A stretch of 64,000 bases of DNA, from positions 14,938 to 78,937 of the forward strand of contig JAZOOS010000014.1 in the NCBI GenBank assembly GCA_045655185.1. The letters are read 5' to 3'. Shown one piece after another: positions 44,171 through 53,946 of the stretch. The notes beneath the pieces are model-generated. The model searched no databases and had not been told where the DNA came from. It saw nothing but the letters and a program-made list of their open reading frames with translations. Each line of letters begins with the position of its first letter. Positions within the stretch are counted from its first letter, which is position 1. The position numbers and the translations under genes are program-made. This DNA is from Eubacteriales bacterium (lineage in GTDB: Bacteria > Bacillota > Clostridia > Oscillospirales > CAG-272).

Positions 44171-45265
44171 ATGGAAGCTATCAAACGTTTTTTGAACAGA
44201 AAAGACATCGTTTTTTCGGCTAAGCGATACGGGATCGATGCCCTGGGCGCTATGGCGCTCGGCCTTTTCGGCTCGCTTTTGATCGGTACGATCTTTAACG
44301 CCATCGGGCTTATCCCGGGGCTTGCGTTCTTTAAGGAGATCGGCGCGTACGGCTCGAAGGTCGCGGGGGCCGCGATGGCGGTCGCGATCGCCTTTGCCTT
44401 AAAGGCACCGCCCTTCGTTATGTATTCGTCGGCCCTTGTCGGTATGATCGCCAACACCGAGGGGGGGGCAGGCGGCCCGCTTGCCGTTCTGCTTATCACC
44501 ATCGTGGCGGTTGAGTTCGGTAAGGCGGTATCTAAGGAAACCAAGGTCGATATCCTCGTGACCCCCTTCGTGACGGTTTTTGTCGGCGGCGGACTTTCGC
44601 TTCTTCTGGCGGGCTATATCGGCACGCTGGTTGGATACGTCGGTAGCTTTATCGGCTGGGCTACGCTTCAACAGCCCTTCGTGATGGGTCTTATCGTTTC
44701 GGCGGTCGTCGGTATCGCCCTGACTCTTCCCATCAGCTCGGCGGCGATCTGCGCGGCGATCGGGCTTTCGGGCGCGATGGTAAACGGCGCTGTTCCCCAG
44801 AATGCCGAGGGGTTAGCGCTTGCCGGTGGCGCCGCGATCGCGGGTTGCTGCGCCCATATGGTCGGATTCGCGGTGATGAGCTATCGGGAGAACCGTGTCG
44901 GCGGTCTTTTGTCGCAGGGCATCGGAACCAGTATGCTGCAAATGCCGAACCTTGTCAAAAATCCTCGCCTGTGGATCCCCCCGGTGCTGACCTCGATGAT
45001 CACGGGCCCGCTTGCTACCTGCCTTTTCGGCATGAAAATGTACGGCGCGGCTATCAATTCGGGTATGGGTACCTGCGGGCTGCTTGGGCCGATCGGAATG
45101 ATCCTCGGCTGGTACGGCGGCGAATACCCCACCTCGGTTACCGCCCTTGATTGGATCGGGCTCTTCTTGATCTGCTTCATCCTTCCCGCTGTGCTCTGCT
45201 TCCTGTTTGGAGAGCTTTTGCGCCGCTTGGGCTGGATCAAGGAAAACGACCTGAAATTGGATTAA
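44171..45265 (+). CDS. PTS EIIC-domain membrane protein (PfoR-like family)
   Basis: ATG 44171 lies 8 nt after GGGAG (the track start is GTG 44165). Polytopic, Gly/Ala-rich. The family assignment is from memory of PfoR/COG3641-like sequences. Confidence 0.7.
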   Translation: MEAIKRFLNRKDIVFSAKRYGIDALGAMALGLFGSLLIGTIFNAIGLIPGLAFFKEIGAYGSKVAGAAMAVAIAFALKAPPFVMYSSALVGMIANTEGGAGGPLAVLLITIVAVEFGKAVSKETKVDILVTPFVTVFVGGGLSLLLAGYIGTLVGYVGSFIGWATLQQPFVMGLIVSAVVGIALTLPISSAAICAAIGLSGAMVNGAVPQNAEGLALAGGAAIAGCCAHMVGFAVMSYRENRVGGLLSQGIGTSMLQMPNLVKNPRLWIPPVLTSMITGPLATCLFGMKMYGAAINSGMGTCGLLGPIGMILGWYGGEYPTSVTALDWIGLFLICFILPAVLCFLFGELLRRLGWIKENDLKLD

Positions 45266-45275
45266 TGATCCTTAT

Positions 45276-45310
45276 AAAAAGGGATGCGCGAAAAGCGCAT
45301 CCCTTTTTCT
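45276..45310. terminator. bidirectional terminator between the EIIC-like gene and asnB
   Basis: AAAAA + GGGATGCGC-gaaaa-GCGCATCCC + TTTTT. Confidence 0.7.
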
Positions 45311-45314
45311 TTTT

Positions 45315-47135
45315 TTATACGATCGTTACTTGATAGGCAGTCAAGAAGGCGTCAAGCCCAACGAGCCACCCAAGAAGCTGCGGACGCCCCATCAGCTGCC
45401 CAAACCAGGTGACGTCCTCCCCCGAAAGGAGAGAAGCAAGCCTTTTTCTGTCAAGAAGCGAAGAAAGCGGGCAATCCTTGCTGCTAAGCCTTTCTTCCAG
45501 CATTTTTCGCACCGTTTCCTCGTAGCGCGGGTTATGCGTTTTCGGATAAGGGCTTTTCTTTCGGTTTAGGATCTTATCGGGGAGATACGGGCTCATCGCC
45601 CGCCGAAGCAGGGCCTTTTCCACCCCACCCTTGAATTTTAGCGACCAGGGCAGATTATACACGTACGAAAGAATGCGGTGGTCGGCAAACGGCACGCGCA
45701 CTTCAAGCCCCCTTGCCATACTCATGCGGTCCTTACGCGCAAGCAGATTCGCCATAAAGTAGTTGACCGAAAGGTAGCAGGCGATCTTCGCGTTTTTATC
45801 CTCTTCGCTCTCTTCCCCCGTAAGAGGGGCGCTGCAAACGGCCTCGTTAAAGACCTCGCGCAGCCTTTCCTCTTTCCCGGTTTTACCGACGATCTCGGGG
45901 ATGAAAAGCGAGGCGCGTACCGAAGAGTCGTGAACCCATGGAAAGACGTCGCGCTGTAGCATTTCGGGGCGGTAGAACCAAGGATATCCCCCAAAGATCT
46001 CGTCGGCGCATTCCCCCGAAAGGGCAACCGTGTGCCGCCGTTTTATTTCGCCGCAGAAATAAAGAAGCGAAGAGTCAACGTCGGCCTGCCCCGGCATATC
46101 CCGCATGATCGCCGCTTCCGAAAGCAAGGCGGCGACCTTTTCGGTGGGGGCGGTGAGAACCGTGTGGTCTGTCGAAAGCTCACCGGCAAGATAGACGGCG
46201 TAATCGTCGTCACGGTTTGGTTGAAAGAGCGTGGGGGCGTAGCTTTTGTTATCCTCGTATTCAAACGAGTAGGTGGAAAGCGTGCGCCCTTCTTTTTTAT
46301 ATTCCAGCGCCGCTACCGATGTGATGATCGAAGAATCAAGCCCCCCCGAAAGGAAGGTGCAAAGCGGTACGTCGCTTACCAGCTGACGGCGAATGGCGTC
46401 GTAAAGCAGGTCGTGCGTATGCGCGATCATTTCGCTTTCGCTTTCTTTCGGCGTTTCCTCGGCCTTTAGCTTGAAATAGGGATACAGCCGAAGCCCATGG
46501 CGACTGACGGTACCGCAAAAGCCCGCCCTTACCTGCTTGATGCCGCGAAGAACGGCACTTCCTTGCAGCGTAACAGGGGTGGTGTATAACAGCTCAAACA
46601 GACCGTCGCCGTCAAGCTCGGCAGGCATGCCGCTGCCCCGAAGGATCGCCTTGATCTCCGAGGCAAAATAAAAGCGCCCCCCGTATTCGGCGTAGTAAAG
46701 CGGTTTGACCCCCAAACGGTCACGCGCTAAAAAAAGTCGATCCTCCTCTTCGTCGTACACGCAAAAGGCAAAGATTCCATTCAGATGATGAACACACTCT
46801 TCCTTATATAAGGCGTAGCTGTAAAGAAGCAGCTCGGTGTCGCAACGTGTTTTGGGGTGGATCCCACGGGCAAGCAGCTCGCAAAGCAGCTCTCGACCGT
46901 TATACAGCTCTCCGTTATAAACGATCGTATAGGTATGCCCCTCGTATTTTACCGTCATCGGCTGGGCGCCAAGGGCGGGATCGATGACCGAAAGGCGATT
47001 ATGCCCCAAGGAAACATGCTTCCCATAAAAGGTACCGCTGTCGTCGGGACCCCTATGCTTCATCGTTGCCCCCATCTCTTCGATCGGCACGGGCCGACCT
47101 CTTTCATAATCGTAAATTCCGCAAATAGAACACAT
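45315..47135 (-). CDS. asnB: asparagine synthase (glutamine-hydrolysing)
   Basis: Start trimmed to MCSICGIYD (Ntn Cys2; GAGGAGGG upstream). SGGLDSS PP-loop. The track ORF extension to 47438 overlaps topB. Confidence 0.9.
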   Translation of the reverse strand: MCSICGIYDYERGRPVPIEEMGATMKHRGPDDSGTFYGKHVSLGHNRLSVIDPALGAQPMTVKYEGHTYTIVYNGELYNGRELLCELLARGIHPKTRCDTELLLYSYALYKEECVHHLNGIFAFCVYDEEEDRLFLARDRLGVKPLYYAEYGGRFYFASEIKAILRGSGMPAELDGDGLFELLYTTPVTLQGSAVLRGIKQVRAGFCGTVSRHGLRLYPYFKLKAEETPKESESEMIAHTHDLLYDAIRRQLVSDVPLCTFLSGGLDSSIITSVAALEYKKEGRTLSTYSFEYEDNKSYAPTLFQPNRDDDYAVYLAGELSTDHTVLTAPTEKVAALLSEAAIMRDMPGQADVDSSLLYFCGEIKRRHTVALSGECADEIFGGYPWFYRPEMLQRDVFPWVHDSSVRASLFIPEIVGKTGKEERLREVFNEAVCSAPLTGEESEEDKNAKIACYLSVNYFMANLLARKDRMSMARGLEVRVPFADHRILSYVYNLPWSLKFKGGVEKALLRRAMSPYLPDKILNRKKSPYPKTHNPRYEETVRKMLEERLSSKDCPLSSLLDRKRLASLLSGEDVTWFGQLMGRPQLLGWLVGLDAFLTAYQVTIV

Positions 47136-47183
47136 AAGATGCCCTCCTCGTTGTAGTATATGATGGGGGATGGAAATCGGGGT

Positions 47184-47220
47184 ACAAAAAAGGCCAAACG
47201 GCAAAATGCCGCTTGGCCTT
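47184..47220 (-). terminator. terminator of topB
   Basis: Minus strand AAGGCCAAGCGGCA-ttttg-CCGTTTGGCCTT followed by TTTTTT. Confidence 0.6.
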
Positions 47221-47226
47221 TTAAAA

Positions 47227-49452
47227 TTATTTTTTGAAAACGAGCGGATTTTCGGGATAGGGCGGCAGATCGGGCGGGGGCATATAGCCGCCGTATGCGG
47301 AGGCCCTTTCTGTATTTCTCGGTCTTTCGGGGAAATCAAATACCGCTTTTCCCTCTTCAAGGCGCAAAGCCGCCGAAAAGCTGCGCCCCGTCTTTTGCGA
47401 AACAAAGCCCTCCAAAAGATCGGTCTTTCCATCGCCAAGAAGCTTTTTTACGGCGGATTTCGGGATCGTACGCCCGCAGATCACCTCTTTGATTGTAAAG
47501 CGGCAATCCTTTTCGCGGTAATTGGCGCAGCCGTAGCCGAAGGAGGTTCGGCGCACGATGCCCCCGCAAAGCGGGCAAGGGCCGACCTCGTCACCGAAAA
47601 GCCCCGTGTCGGTATCCCTTTCGGGGGGCGCTTCTTTCTTTTCAAAGACCGAAGCGATCTCACGCTCGGCAAGCTTCACCGAATCAAGCACACTGCATTC
47701 TCCGCGATAGACGCGCTTTAAGGCACGGCCAAGCTCACTCGTCTTGTATTTATCCATGCTGATACCAAGGCGGGTCATCGCCTCGATCAGATACACGCCG
47801 TCGGGCAGAATGGTGTATACATCCTTTTTCAGCTGTATGTAATTGCTCTTCTTGGCGTTATCAATGATGCCGGTACGGGTTGCTTCGGTACCAAGTTCGA
47901 GCCCCTCGAAGATCGCGCGGTAATCCTCGCTGTCGTCCCCCTCGCCCTCACCCTCCTCGGCGTCCGGCTTGGCGGCCTTTTCTTCCTTGAAGGGGTTTTT
48001 GAGGTAATTGTTCAGCGTTTCGATCGTATAGTGCTTCGGGGGAGAGGTCTCCTTTTCGGCGGGGGCAAAGGTGACGGTGACGGCCTCGCCCTCCTGTAAG
48101 GGGGGCAGGATCTTATCCTTGATCGAGGCTTCGTCGTACTTGGTCCAACCGGGGGAAAGGATCGCGGTTCCCTTCAAGGTGAATTTTTCAAGCTCTCCGA
48201 CGCTGATCTCCAATACGCTTTTTACCACCTCGCAGGGCTCGGCGCAAAAGACGGCGACGAAACGGCGAAAGACGGTGGAGTATACCTTGCGCTCATCCTC
48301 CGAAAGCGCATCCTTTTCGGGGATCTTATAGGTCGGCGTTAGGGCAGAGTGGGATTCGATCTTGCTGTCGTCAAAAATGCTTTTGCTGTCCTTAAAGGTA
48401 ACGGGGTAGCCGAGCTTTTTTACGTTCCCGAGAATGGTCTTGACCTTGTCCTTCTCGGCAACCGCTAAGTATTCCGAGTTGGTACGGGGATAGGTGAGAT
48501 ACCCGTCCTCGTAAAGCTTTTGGATGATCGAAAGGCTGTCGGTCATGGACATCTTGTATTTTTTGCCGAGGATGTTCTGAAGCTTGGAGAGCGAATACAG
48601 CTTTCCGGGGGAAAGTGTGTCCTTCTTGCTCTTTTGCGAGGTAACAATCGCGCCGATGCGGTTCAGCGCCTCGCAATAGGCCTCGGCTTCCTCTTTCTTG
48701 TTAAGAGGGAATTTCTTTTTCGAGGTAAGCTCCACCGCCGTGCCGTCGGTCTCGGCGCGGCTTTGCGCCACGAGATATTTTTCGGGCACGAAATGGGCGA
48801 TGGCGTTGTCGCGGTCGTAGATCGCCTTGACGATCGGCACGATAACCCGCCCAACGCGCAAAAGCTTGCCGGTCTTTAAGGTAGCGTAACGGGTCAGATT
48901 GACCCCGTAGAGCCAGTCGATAAAGGTGCGGGCGTACCCTTCATCCGCCAAGCGGTCGTACTGACTTTCGTCGGCCGCCTCAAGAAGCGCCTTCTTGATG
49001 GTTTCGGGCGTTTGGTCGGGCAACCACAGGCGGCTTTGCTTCTTTTTCGTGTGCAGGGCCTTGTTTACGCAGGTTCTGACGATGATCTCACCCTCGCGGT
49101 CGGCGTCTCCCGCGTTGATGATCTCATCAACGTCCTCTCGGTTGCAAAGCGCTTCAATGGTCTTGAATTGGCGGATCACGCCGTCATCGGGGCGCTTGTC
49201 GTCCCCCCGCCGCAGCTCATAGCGGAATTCCTTCGGAAAACAGGGGAGATTATCTATGCGCCAACGCGCTTTTTCGTTGGTTTGAACCTCGGAATAGGCC
49301 TCGATATCCACCAAGGAGAAAAGATGCCCGAAGGCCCAGCTGATAAAATATTCACCGCATTCGAGATACCCGTTCTGCCGCTTGACCTCTTTCCCGATGC
49401 CGGCGGCGATGTTGCGGGCAAGCGAGGGCTTTTCGGCAATGATCAGCTTCAT
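47227..49452 (-). CDS. topB: DNA topoisomerase III (type IA) with C-terminal zinc ribbons
   Basis: 741 aa. Toprim MKLIIAEKPS, type IA core, C-terminal CPLCGG..CANY and related Cys motifs. Confidence 0.9.
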   Translation of the reverse strand: MKLIIAEKPSLARNIAAGIGKEVKRQNGYLECGEYFISWAFGHLFSLVDIEAYSEVQTNEKARWRIDNLPCFPKEFRYELRRGDDKRPDDGVIRQFKTIEALCNREDVDEIINAGDADREGEIIVRTCVNKALHTKKKQSRLWLPDQTPETIKKALLEAADESQYDRLADEGYARTFIDWLYGVNLTRYATLKTGKLLRVGRVIVPIVKAIYDRDNAIAHFVPEKYLVAQSRAETDGTAVELTSKKKFPLNKKEEAEAYCEALNRIGAIVTSQKSKKDTLSPGKLYSLSKLQNILGKKYKMSMTDSLSIIQKLYEDGYLTYPRTNSEYLAVAEKDKVKTILGNVKKLGYPVTFKDSKSIFDDSKIESHSALTPTYKIPEKDALSEDERKVYSTVFRRFVAVFCAEPCEVVKSVLEISVGELEKFTLKGTAILSPGWTKYDEASIKDKILPPLQEGEAVTVTFAPAEKETSPPKHYTIETLNNYLKNPFKEEKAAKPDAEEGEGEGDDSEDYRAIFEGLELGTEATRTGIIDNAKKSNYIQLKKDVYTILPDGVYLIEAMTRLGISMDKYKTSELGRALKRVYRGECSVLDSVKLAEREIASVFEKKEAPPERDTDTGLFGDEVGPCPLCGGIVRRTSFGYGCANYREKDCRFTIKEVICGRTIPKSAVKKLLGDGKTDLLEGFVSQKTGRSFSAALRLEEGKAVFDFPERPRNTERASAYGGYMPPPDLPPYPENPLVFKK

Positions 49453-49492
49453 ATTCCTTCTCCTTTCTTTTTAATAACGGTCAGACGGTATT

Positions 49493-49521
49493 ATTATACC
49501 GCCGTGGATTTCTTTTCGCAA
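49493..49521 (-). promoter_or_regulatory. promoter of topB with its -10 inside a palindrome
   Basis: Minus strand TTGCGA, 17-nt spacer, TATAAT. The -10 is embedded in CGGTAT-N4-ATACCG (49486-49501). Confidence 0.5.
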
Positions 49522-49548
49522 GGGGAATTTTGTAGACGAGGCTTATTT

Positions 49549-50622
49549 TCACTTCTTTTTCTTTTCTTCTTCCTCAAGAAAACGCAAAAAGCTGCGGAAG
49601 GCGCCGGGGAGGGCGTAGGTATCCTTCAATTCCTCGTAGGTTACGAACAGGAAGGGGGCGCTGCCCTCGTTTTTACATTCGACCGAATAGCCGCGCATAT
49701 GCCATTCAAGGTGAGAAAAGATATGCTTGGCGTCGGTAGCGCGAGAAAGGCGAAAGGCGGTAAGACCCATTGATCTTACGGCTTCCTTTGCCTCTTTTTC
49801 ATCAAGATGGGCGGGGCAGGCGGGGAATTCCCACATATTTGCCAACAGCCCCGAAGAGGGGCGCTTGTTTATCGCGATCTTATCGCCGCAACGCAAGAGA
49901 AATACGGTTTTTTCTTCAACCGCGCGCGGCTTTTGCGGGGCACGGTATGGGATTGATTTTGTAATGTTTTGTTTGCAAGCTTCGCAAATTTCGGCGAGAG
50001 GGCAAACCGCGCAGCGCGGATTTTCCCCCGGTGTGCAAAGAACCTCGCCAAGTTCCATTAAGGCTTGCGTCAGGTCGGATGCGTCGGCGGGCTCCTTCGG
50101 ATAAACGGCCTCCAAAAGGGCGCTGATCCGTTTGCGGACAGTCGCTTGCAAAACGTCGCTTTCATCGGCCAAAAGACGGCAGATCACGCGCAGAACGTTC
50201 CCGTCTACGGCGGGGGCGGGGCGACCGTATGCGATCGAGGCAATAGCCCCGGCCGTATAGGCACCGATCCCGGGAAGCGTGAGCAGCTCTTCTACCGTGT
50301 CGGGGATGACGCCTTGGAAGTCGGTCATCACCTTCAAGGCGGCCTTTTTCAGGTTTCTTGCGCGGCTGTAATAGCCAAGGCCCTCCCAGCATTTCATAAG
50401 GACCTCGTCCTCGGCCTCGGCAAGTGCTTTTACGGTGGGAAAGGATTTAAGAAACCGCTCGTAGTACGGAATGACCGTCTCAATGCGGGTCTGCTGCAGC
50501 ATGATCTCGGAGATCCAAACGCGGTAAGGATCGGCGTCGGCGCGGAAGGGAAGCGGGCGCTTGTTTTCGCGGTACCACGCAAGAAGCGGCGCTATGGCGA
50601 CGGCGATCTTTTCTTTTTCCAT
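49549..50622 (-). CDS. mutY: A/G-specific adenine DNA glycosylase
   Basis: 357 aa. HhH-GPD (LPGIGAYTAGAI), Fe-S loop C-x6-C-x2-C-x5-C, C-terminal NUDIX-like domain. Confidence 0.9.
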   Translation of the reverse strand: MEKEKIAVAIAPLLAWYRENKRPLPFRADADPYRVWISEIMLQQTRIETVIPYYERFLKSFPTVKALAEAEDEVLMKCWEGLGYYSRARNLKKAALKVMTDFQGVIPDTVEELLTLPGIGAYTAGAIASIAYGRPAPAVDGNVLRVICRLLADESDVLQATVRKRISALLEAVYPKEPADASDLTQALMELGEVLCTPGENPRCAVCPLAEICEACKQNITKSIPYRAPQKPRAVEEKTVFLLRCGDKIAINKRPSSGLLANMWEFPACPAHLDEKEAKEAVRSMGLTAFRLSRATDAKHIFSHLEWHMRGYSVECKNEGSAPFLFVTYEELKDTYALPGAFRSFLRFLEEEEKKKK

Positions 50623-50707
50623 ACGGCTTTCTCCTTCCCGTTTTTTTCAAGTATATCACAATTTTTGAAAATCGTAAAGTTTTTTTCATCTTTTTTCGTT
50701 TTCGTCA

Positions 50708-50736
50708 TTGACAAAGGTTTATTTATTTGATATACT
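50708..50736 (+). promoter_or_regulatory. consensus-like promoter
   Basis: TTGACA, 17-nt spacer, TATACT. Confidence 0.55.
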
Positions 50737-50780
50737 ACGACTGTATATAATATTATTTGCGTGAAGCACAGGAGGCAGCT

Positions 50781-51506
50781 ATGGAATATTTTAAGATTTC
50801 TCTTCGTCCCCATAAAAAGATCGTCAACGTCGATTACTGTGAGGGCTTGATTTGGGAAAGCTTTGATGTTCTTTCCAAAACGGGGCAGGTATACCCGAAT
50901 TTTCAGGTGGTAAACGAGGGTGAAAGCTGTTACTCTGTTTATCTTTTGATGCCCGGTGCCGACGCGCTTGATTTTAAGTATTGCTCCGAGGATACAGTCG
51001 CCGCTGTCGAAAAGCTGGCGGGCATCTTCTCGCTTCGCATCGAGTCGGTCGGCAACTGCATCACCTGCGAGGATTCCTGCGCCTGCGAGGCCCCCTCGTG
51101 GTATTCGCTTTACACCGATATGATGGCCGAGGAAAGCCCTGTGCTTTGTGGCGATTGCGGCAAGCCGGTTCCGCTTTACAAGCTGCCGGTGATCCTCGAT
51201 AACGAGGGGCGCAGCGTCTTCCTCAACTGGCAAGAACAGTTTAAGGCCATGCAGAAGCTTGACGTTTACAACTATTCTGCCGAGCTGGAGAAGGAAATGT
51301 ACAATCCCGCTTCTCGCCTCAATAAGACTGCCAGAGGTCTTTGCCGCGCCTTGGAGAAGGCCAAGAACGTTCCGGTCTTCTGCCATATGGAGCGCGCTAA
51401 GGCAAACGGTACCGCTTGCCCCGTCTGTGGGAACGAGATGGTCAATTTCGCGGGTGAAGGTATTTCCGGCCTTGCTTGCGAAGCCTGCCGTGTTACCGCC
51501 CACTGA
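50781..51506 (+). CDS. Zn-ribbon-containing protein (DUF2310-like, tentative)
   Basis: ATG 50781 with AGGAGG upstream. 241 aa. CGDCGKP and CPVCGNE..CEAC ribbons. The family name is from memory only. Confidence 0.65.
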   Translation: MEYFKISLRPHKKIVNVDYCEGLIWESFDVLSKTGQVYPNFQVVNEGESCYSVYLLMPGADALDFKYCSEDTVAAVEKLAGIFSLRIESVGNCITCEDSCACEAPSWYSLYTDMMAEESPVLCGDCGKPVPLYKLPVILDNEGRSVFLNWQEQFKAMQKLDVYNYSAELEKEMYNPASRLNKTARGLCRALEKAKNVPVFCHMERAKANGTACPVCGNEMVNFAGEGISGLACEACRVTAH

Positions 51507-51569
51507 ACCAAAAAGAATACATAAAGCGAAAAAGAGCCCTCGGGCTCTTTTTTGACGAAAGAGGGAAAA

Positions 51570-53018
51570 ATGAAAAACCGTAAGGAAGTATCCGAAAGGA
51601 TCGGCGCGTACCTTTCTTCCAAGAGAGAAGAGATCTTTGAGCGCCTTGCCACGCTTTGCCGTATCCCCTCGGTGGAAGGGGCGCCTACCGAAGGAAAGCC
51701 CTTTGGTGATGCCGTCGATCGGGCGATGAAGAGCGCTTTATCCTTTTTCAGCGAGGAGGGGTTTATCCCCTTTTCTGACCGAGAGGGGCGCTTTTCCCTT
51801 GCTACCTTGGAGGGCGGAGAGCGCCGTATCGGCCTTTTCGGGCACTGTGACGTCGTACCTGCGGGGGAAGGCTGGACGGTAAGCGGCCCCCACGAGCCAC
51901 ACCGCCGTGACGGCTTCTTTTTCGCGCGTGGGTGCGAGGATAACAAGGGGGGCATCGTTGCCTCGCTGTATGCGATGAAGGCGATTAAAGAGCTTTCCTT
52001 GCCCTTCTCGTCCACCCTCGTCAGCTTTATCGGCGCAAATGAGGAGAGCGGTATGAAGGATATAGAGGCCTTTGGCGAGCTTTTTCCGATGCCCGACGTT
52101 TCGCTTGTACCCGATAACGATTTCCCGCTTTCGCTCGGGGAAAAGGGGAGGGCTGAGGGCTGGCTCGTCAGTCCGGCGCTTTCCTCGGCTGTTCTTGATT
52201 TTTGCGGCGGGGAATGCTTTAATATCGTTTTGGACCGCGTTACGGTCACGCTGGCCTACGGAGAGGCGCTGTACCGCGAGCTTTGCGAAAAGAAGGATCC
52301 TTCGGTCGAGTATGCGGTCGAAAGAGATGATGAGCATATTCTTTTGACCGTGCGCGGTATCGCGGCGCACGCCAGCACCCCCCGCGGCTCGGTAAACGCC
52401 GCCGAGAGGGCCGCGTATCTGCTTTCCACGTGCGAAACGCTGAATAAACAGGATCGGGATATCATGGCAATCGCTTCGCGCCTTTTAAGCGATCCCTTTG
52501 GGGAAACGCTCGGTATCGCGGGGACAGACGGCGCCTTCGGCGCCCGTACGGCTGCTTGCGGTATGGTAAGGATCAAGGACGGCTGTCTTACCCTTTCCGA
52601 GGATATCCGTTACGGAAGCGCCACCTCGTGGGATACCCTTTCAAAAATCATCGACGCTACGCTTATACCGTACGGCTGGCGCTTTGCATGCGGCGAGGCG
52701 ACAGACGGCTTTGAATTGGAAGAGGACAGCCCGCTGTCAAGTGCCCTGCTTCACGTTTACCGCGAGGAAAGCGGTGACGGGGAGGCGATGCCCTACCGAA
52801 GCGGCGGCGGTACCTACGCCCGCCATCTTACGAACGCATACAGTGTGGGGCTTGCTTGCCCCGTGAATGGAGAAAGGCGTACCTACCCCTTGCCGACGGG
52901 GCATGGCGGCGTTCATCAGGCCGACGAGTGTATTTGCGAGGACGAGTATCTGCTGGCTATCCGTATCCTTACCATGATGCTCCTTTCGCTGGACGAAGCG
53001 CTTTCAAATGAAGCATGA
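51570..53018 (+). CDS. M20-family dipeptidase (PepV/Sapep-like)
   Basis: GHCDVVPAG metal-binding motif and NEESGM catalytic-base motif. 482 aa. Confidence 0.85.
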   Translation: MKNRKEVSERIGAYLSSKREEIFERLATLCRIPSVEGAPTEGKPFGDAVDRAMKSALSFFSEEGFIPFSDREGRFSLATLEGGERRIGLFGHCDVVPAGEGWTVSGPHEPHRRDGFFFARGCEDNKGGIVASLYAMKAIKELSLPFSSTLVSFIGANEESGMKDIEAFGELFPMPDVSLVPDNDFPLSLGEKGRAEGWLVSPALSSAVLDFCGGECFNIVLDRVTVTLAYGEALYRELCEKKDPSVEYAVERDDEHILLTVRGIAAHASTPRGSVNAAERAAYLLSTCETLNKQDRDIMAIASRLLSDPFGETLGIAGTDGAFGARTAACGMVRIKDGCLTLSEDIRYGSATSWDTLSKIIDATLIPYGWRFACGEATDGFELEEDSPLSSALLHVYREESGDGEAMPYRSGGGTYARHLTNAYSVGLACPVNGERRTYPLPTGHGGVHQADECICEDEYLLAIRILTMMLLSLDEALSNEA

Positions 53019-53913
53019 TCCCACCCTCTGTACCGCTTGCCCAAGGCGGTGCGGGGCTGACCGCGTAAGCGGCAGGGGCGGCTTTTGCCACGCCCCCGAT
53101 ACGGTTCTTCTTTCGCGCGCCGCCTTGCATATGTGGGAAGAGCCTTGCCTTTCGGGCACGCGCGGTTCCGGTACAGTTTTCTTTACAGGTTGCCCGCTTT
53201 CCTGCGTTTATTGTCAAAATAAGACGATAAGTCGCGGAGAAAACGGTTATCCCGTTACCGAGGAAAGATTCGTTTCGATCCTCCTTTCCCTGCAAGAAAA
53301 GGGGGCGCACAACGTCAATCTTGTCACCCCTACGCACTACGCGCCCTTTCTTGCTTCGGCCTTGAAGCGCGCGAGGGAAGCGGGGCTTACGATCCCGATC
53401 GTTTATAACTGCGGCGGCTACGAGGGGCTTGAGGCCTTACGTTCTCTTCGTGGGCTGATCGATATTTATCTGCCCGATTTCAAGTACGCCGATGCCGAGG
53501 CGGCGCGGCGCTATTCTGCGGCCCCCGATTATTTCGAGGTCGCCAAGGCGTCTCTTCGTGAGATGGTCGATCAGTGCAAAGAAGCCCTTTTTGATCAAGA
53601 CGGAATCATGCAAAAGGGCGTGATCGTTCGCCACCTGATGCTCCCCGGGAATTACCGCAATTCGCACGATGTGATCAAGTATCTGGCCACGACCTACGGC
53701 AACAAGATCTATATCAGCCTTATGAACCAATATACCCCGATCGGGGATATCGGAGAGCGTTTTCCGGAGCTTGCCTCCACGGTTTCGGATAAAGAATACA
53801 GGCGGCTCGTTGCCTATGCCGTGCGCCTTGGCGTCACGCAGGGCTTTACCCAAGAGGGGGGCGCCGCCACCGAAAGCTTTATCCCCGCCTTTGACGGCGA
53901 GGGCATTTTATAA
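53008..53913 (+). CDS. radical SAM protein (PflX/YjjW-like activase family)
   Basis: GCPLSCVYCQN CxxxCxxC motif. 301 aa. 11-nt overlap with the M20 gene. Confidence 0.85.
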   Translation: MKHDPTLCTACPRRCGADRVSGRGGFCHAPDTVLLSRAALHMWEEPCLSGTRGSGTVFFTGCPLSCVYCQNKTISRGENGYPVTEERFVSILLSLQEKGAHNVNLVTPTHYAPFLASALKRAREAGLTIPIVYNCGGYEGLEALRSLRGLIDIYLPDFKYADAEAARRYSAAPDYFEVAKASLREMVDQCKEALFDQDGIMQKGVIVRHLMLPGNYRNSHDVIKYLATTYGNKIYISLMNQYTPIGDIGERFPELASTVSDKEYRRLVAYAVRLGVTQGFTQEGGAATESFIPAFDGEGIL

Positions 53914-53945
53914 AAAGAGACCGAAGAAATCTTCGGTCTCTTTTG
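53912..53945. terminator. bidirectional terminator between the radical SAM gene and polA
   Basis: GAGACCGAAG-aaat-CTTCGGTCTC flanked by A-run and T-run. Confidence 0.7.
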
Positions 53946-53946
53946 T

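Noticed and set aside
47136-47438. N-terminal extension of the asnB ORF (track entry to 47438).
   Set aside because: It overlaps the topB 3' end and terminator. Asparagine synthase must start at Met-Cys (Ntn nucleophile), which is at 47135 with a strong SD.
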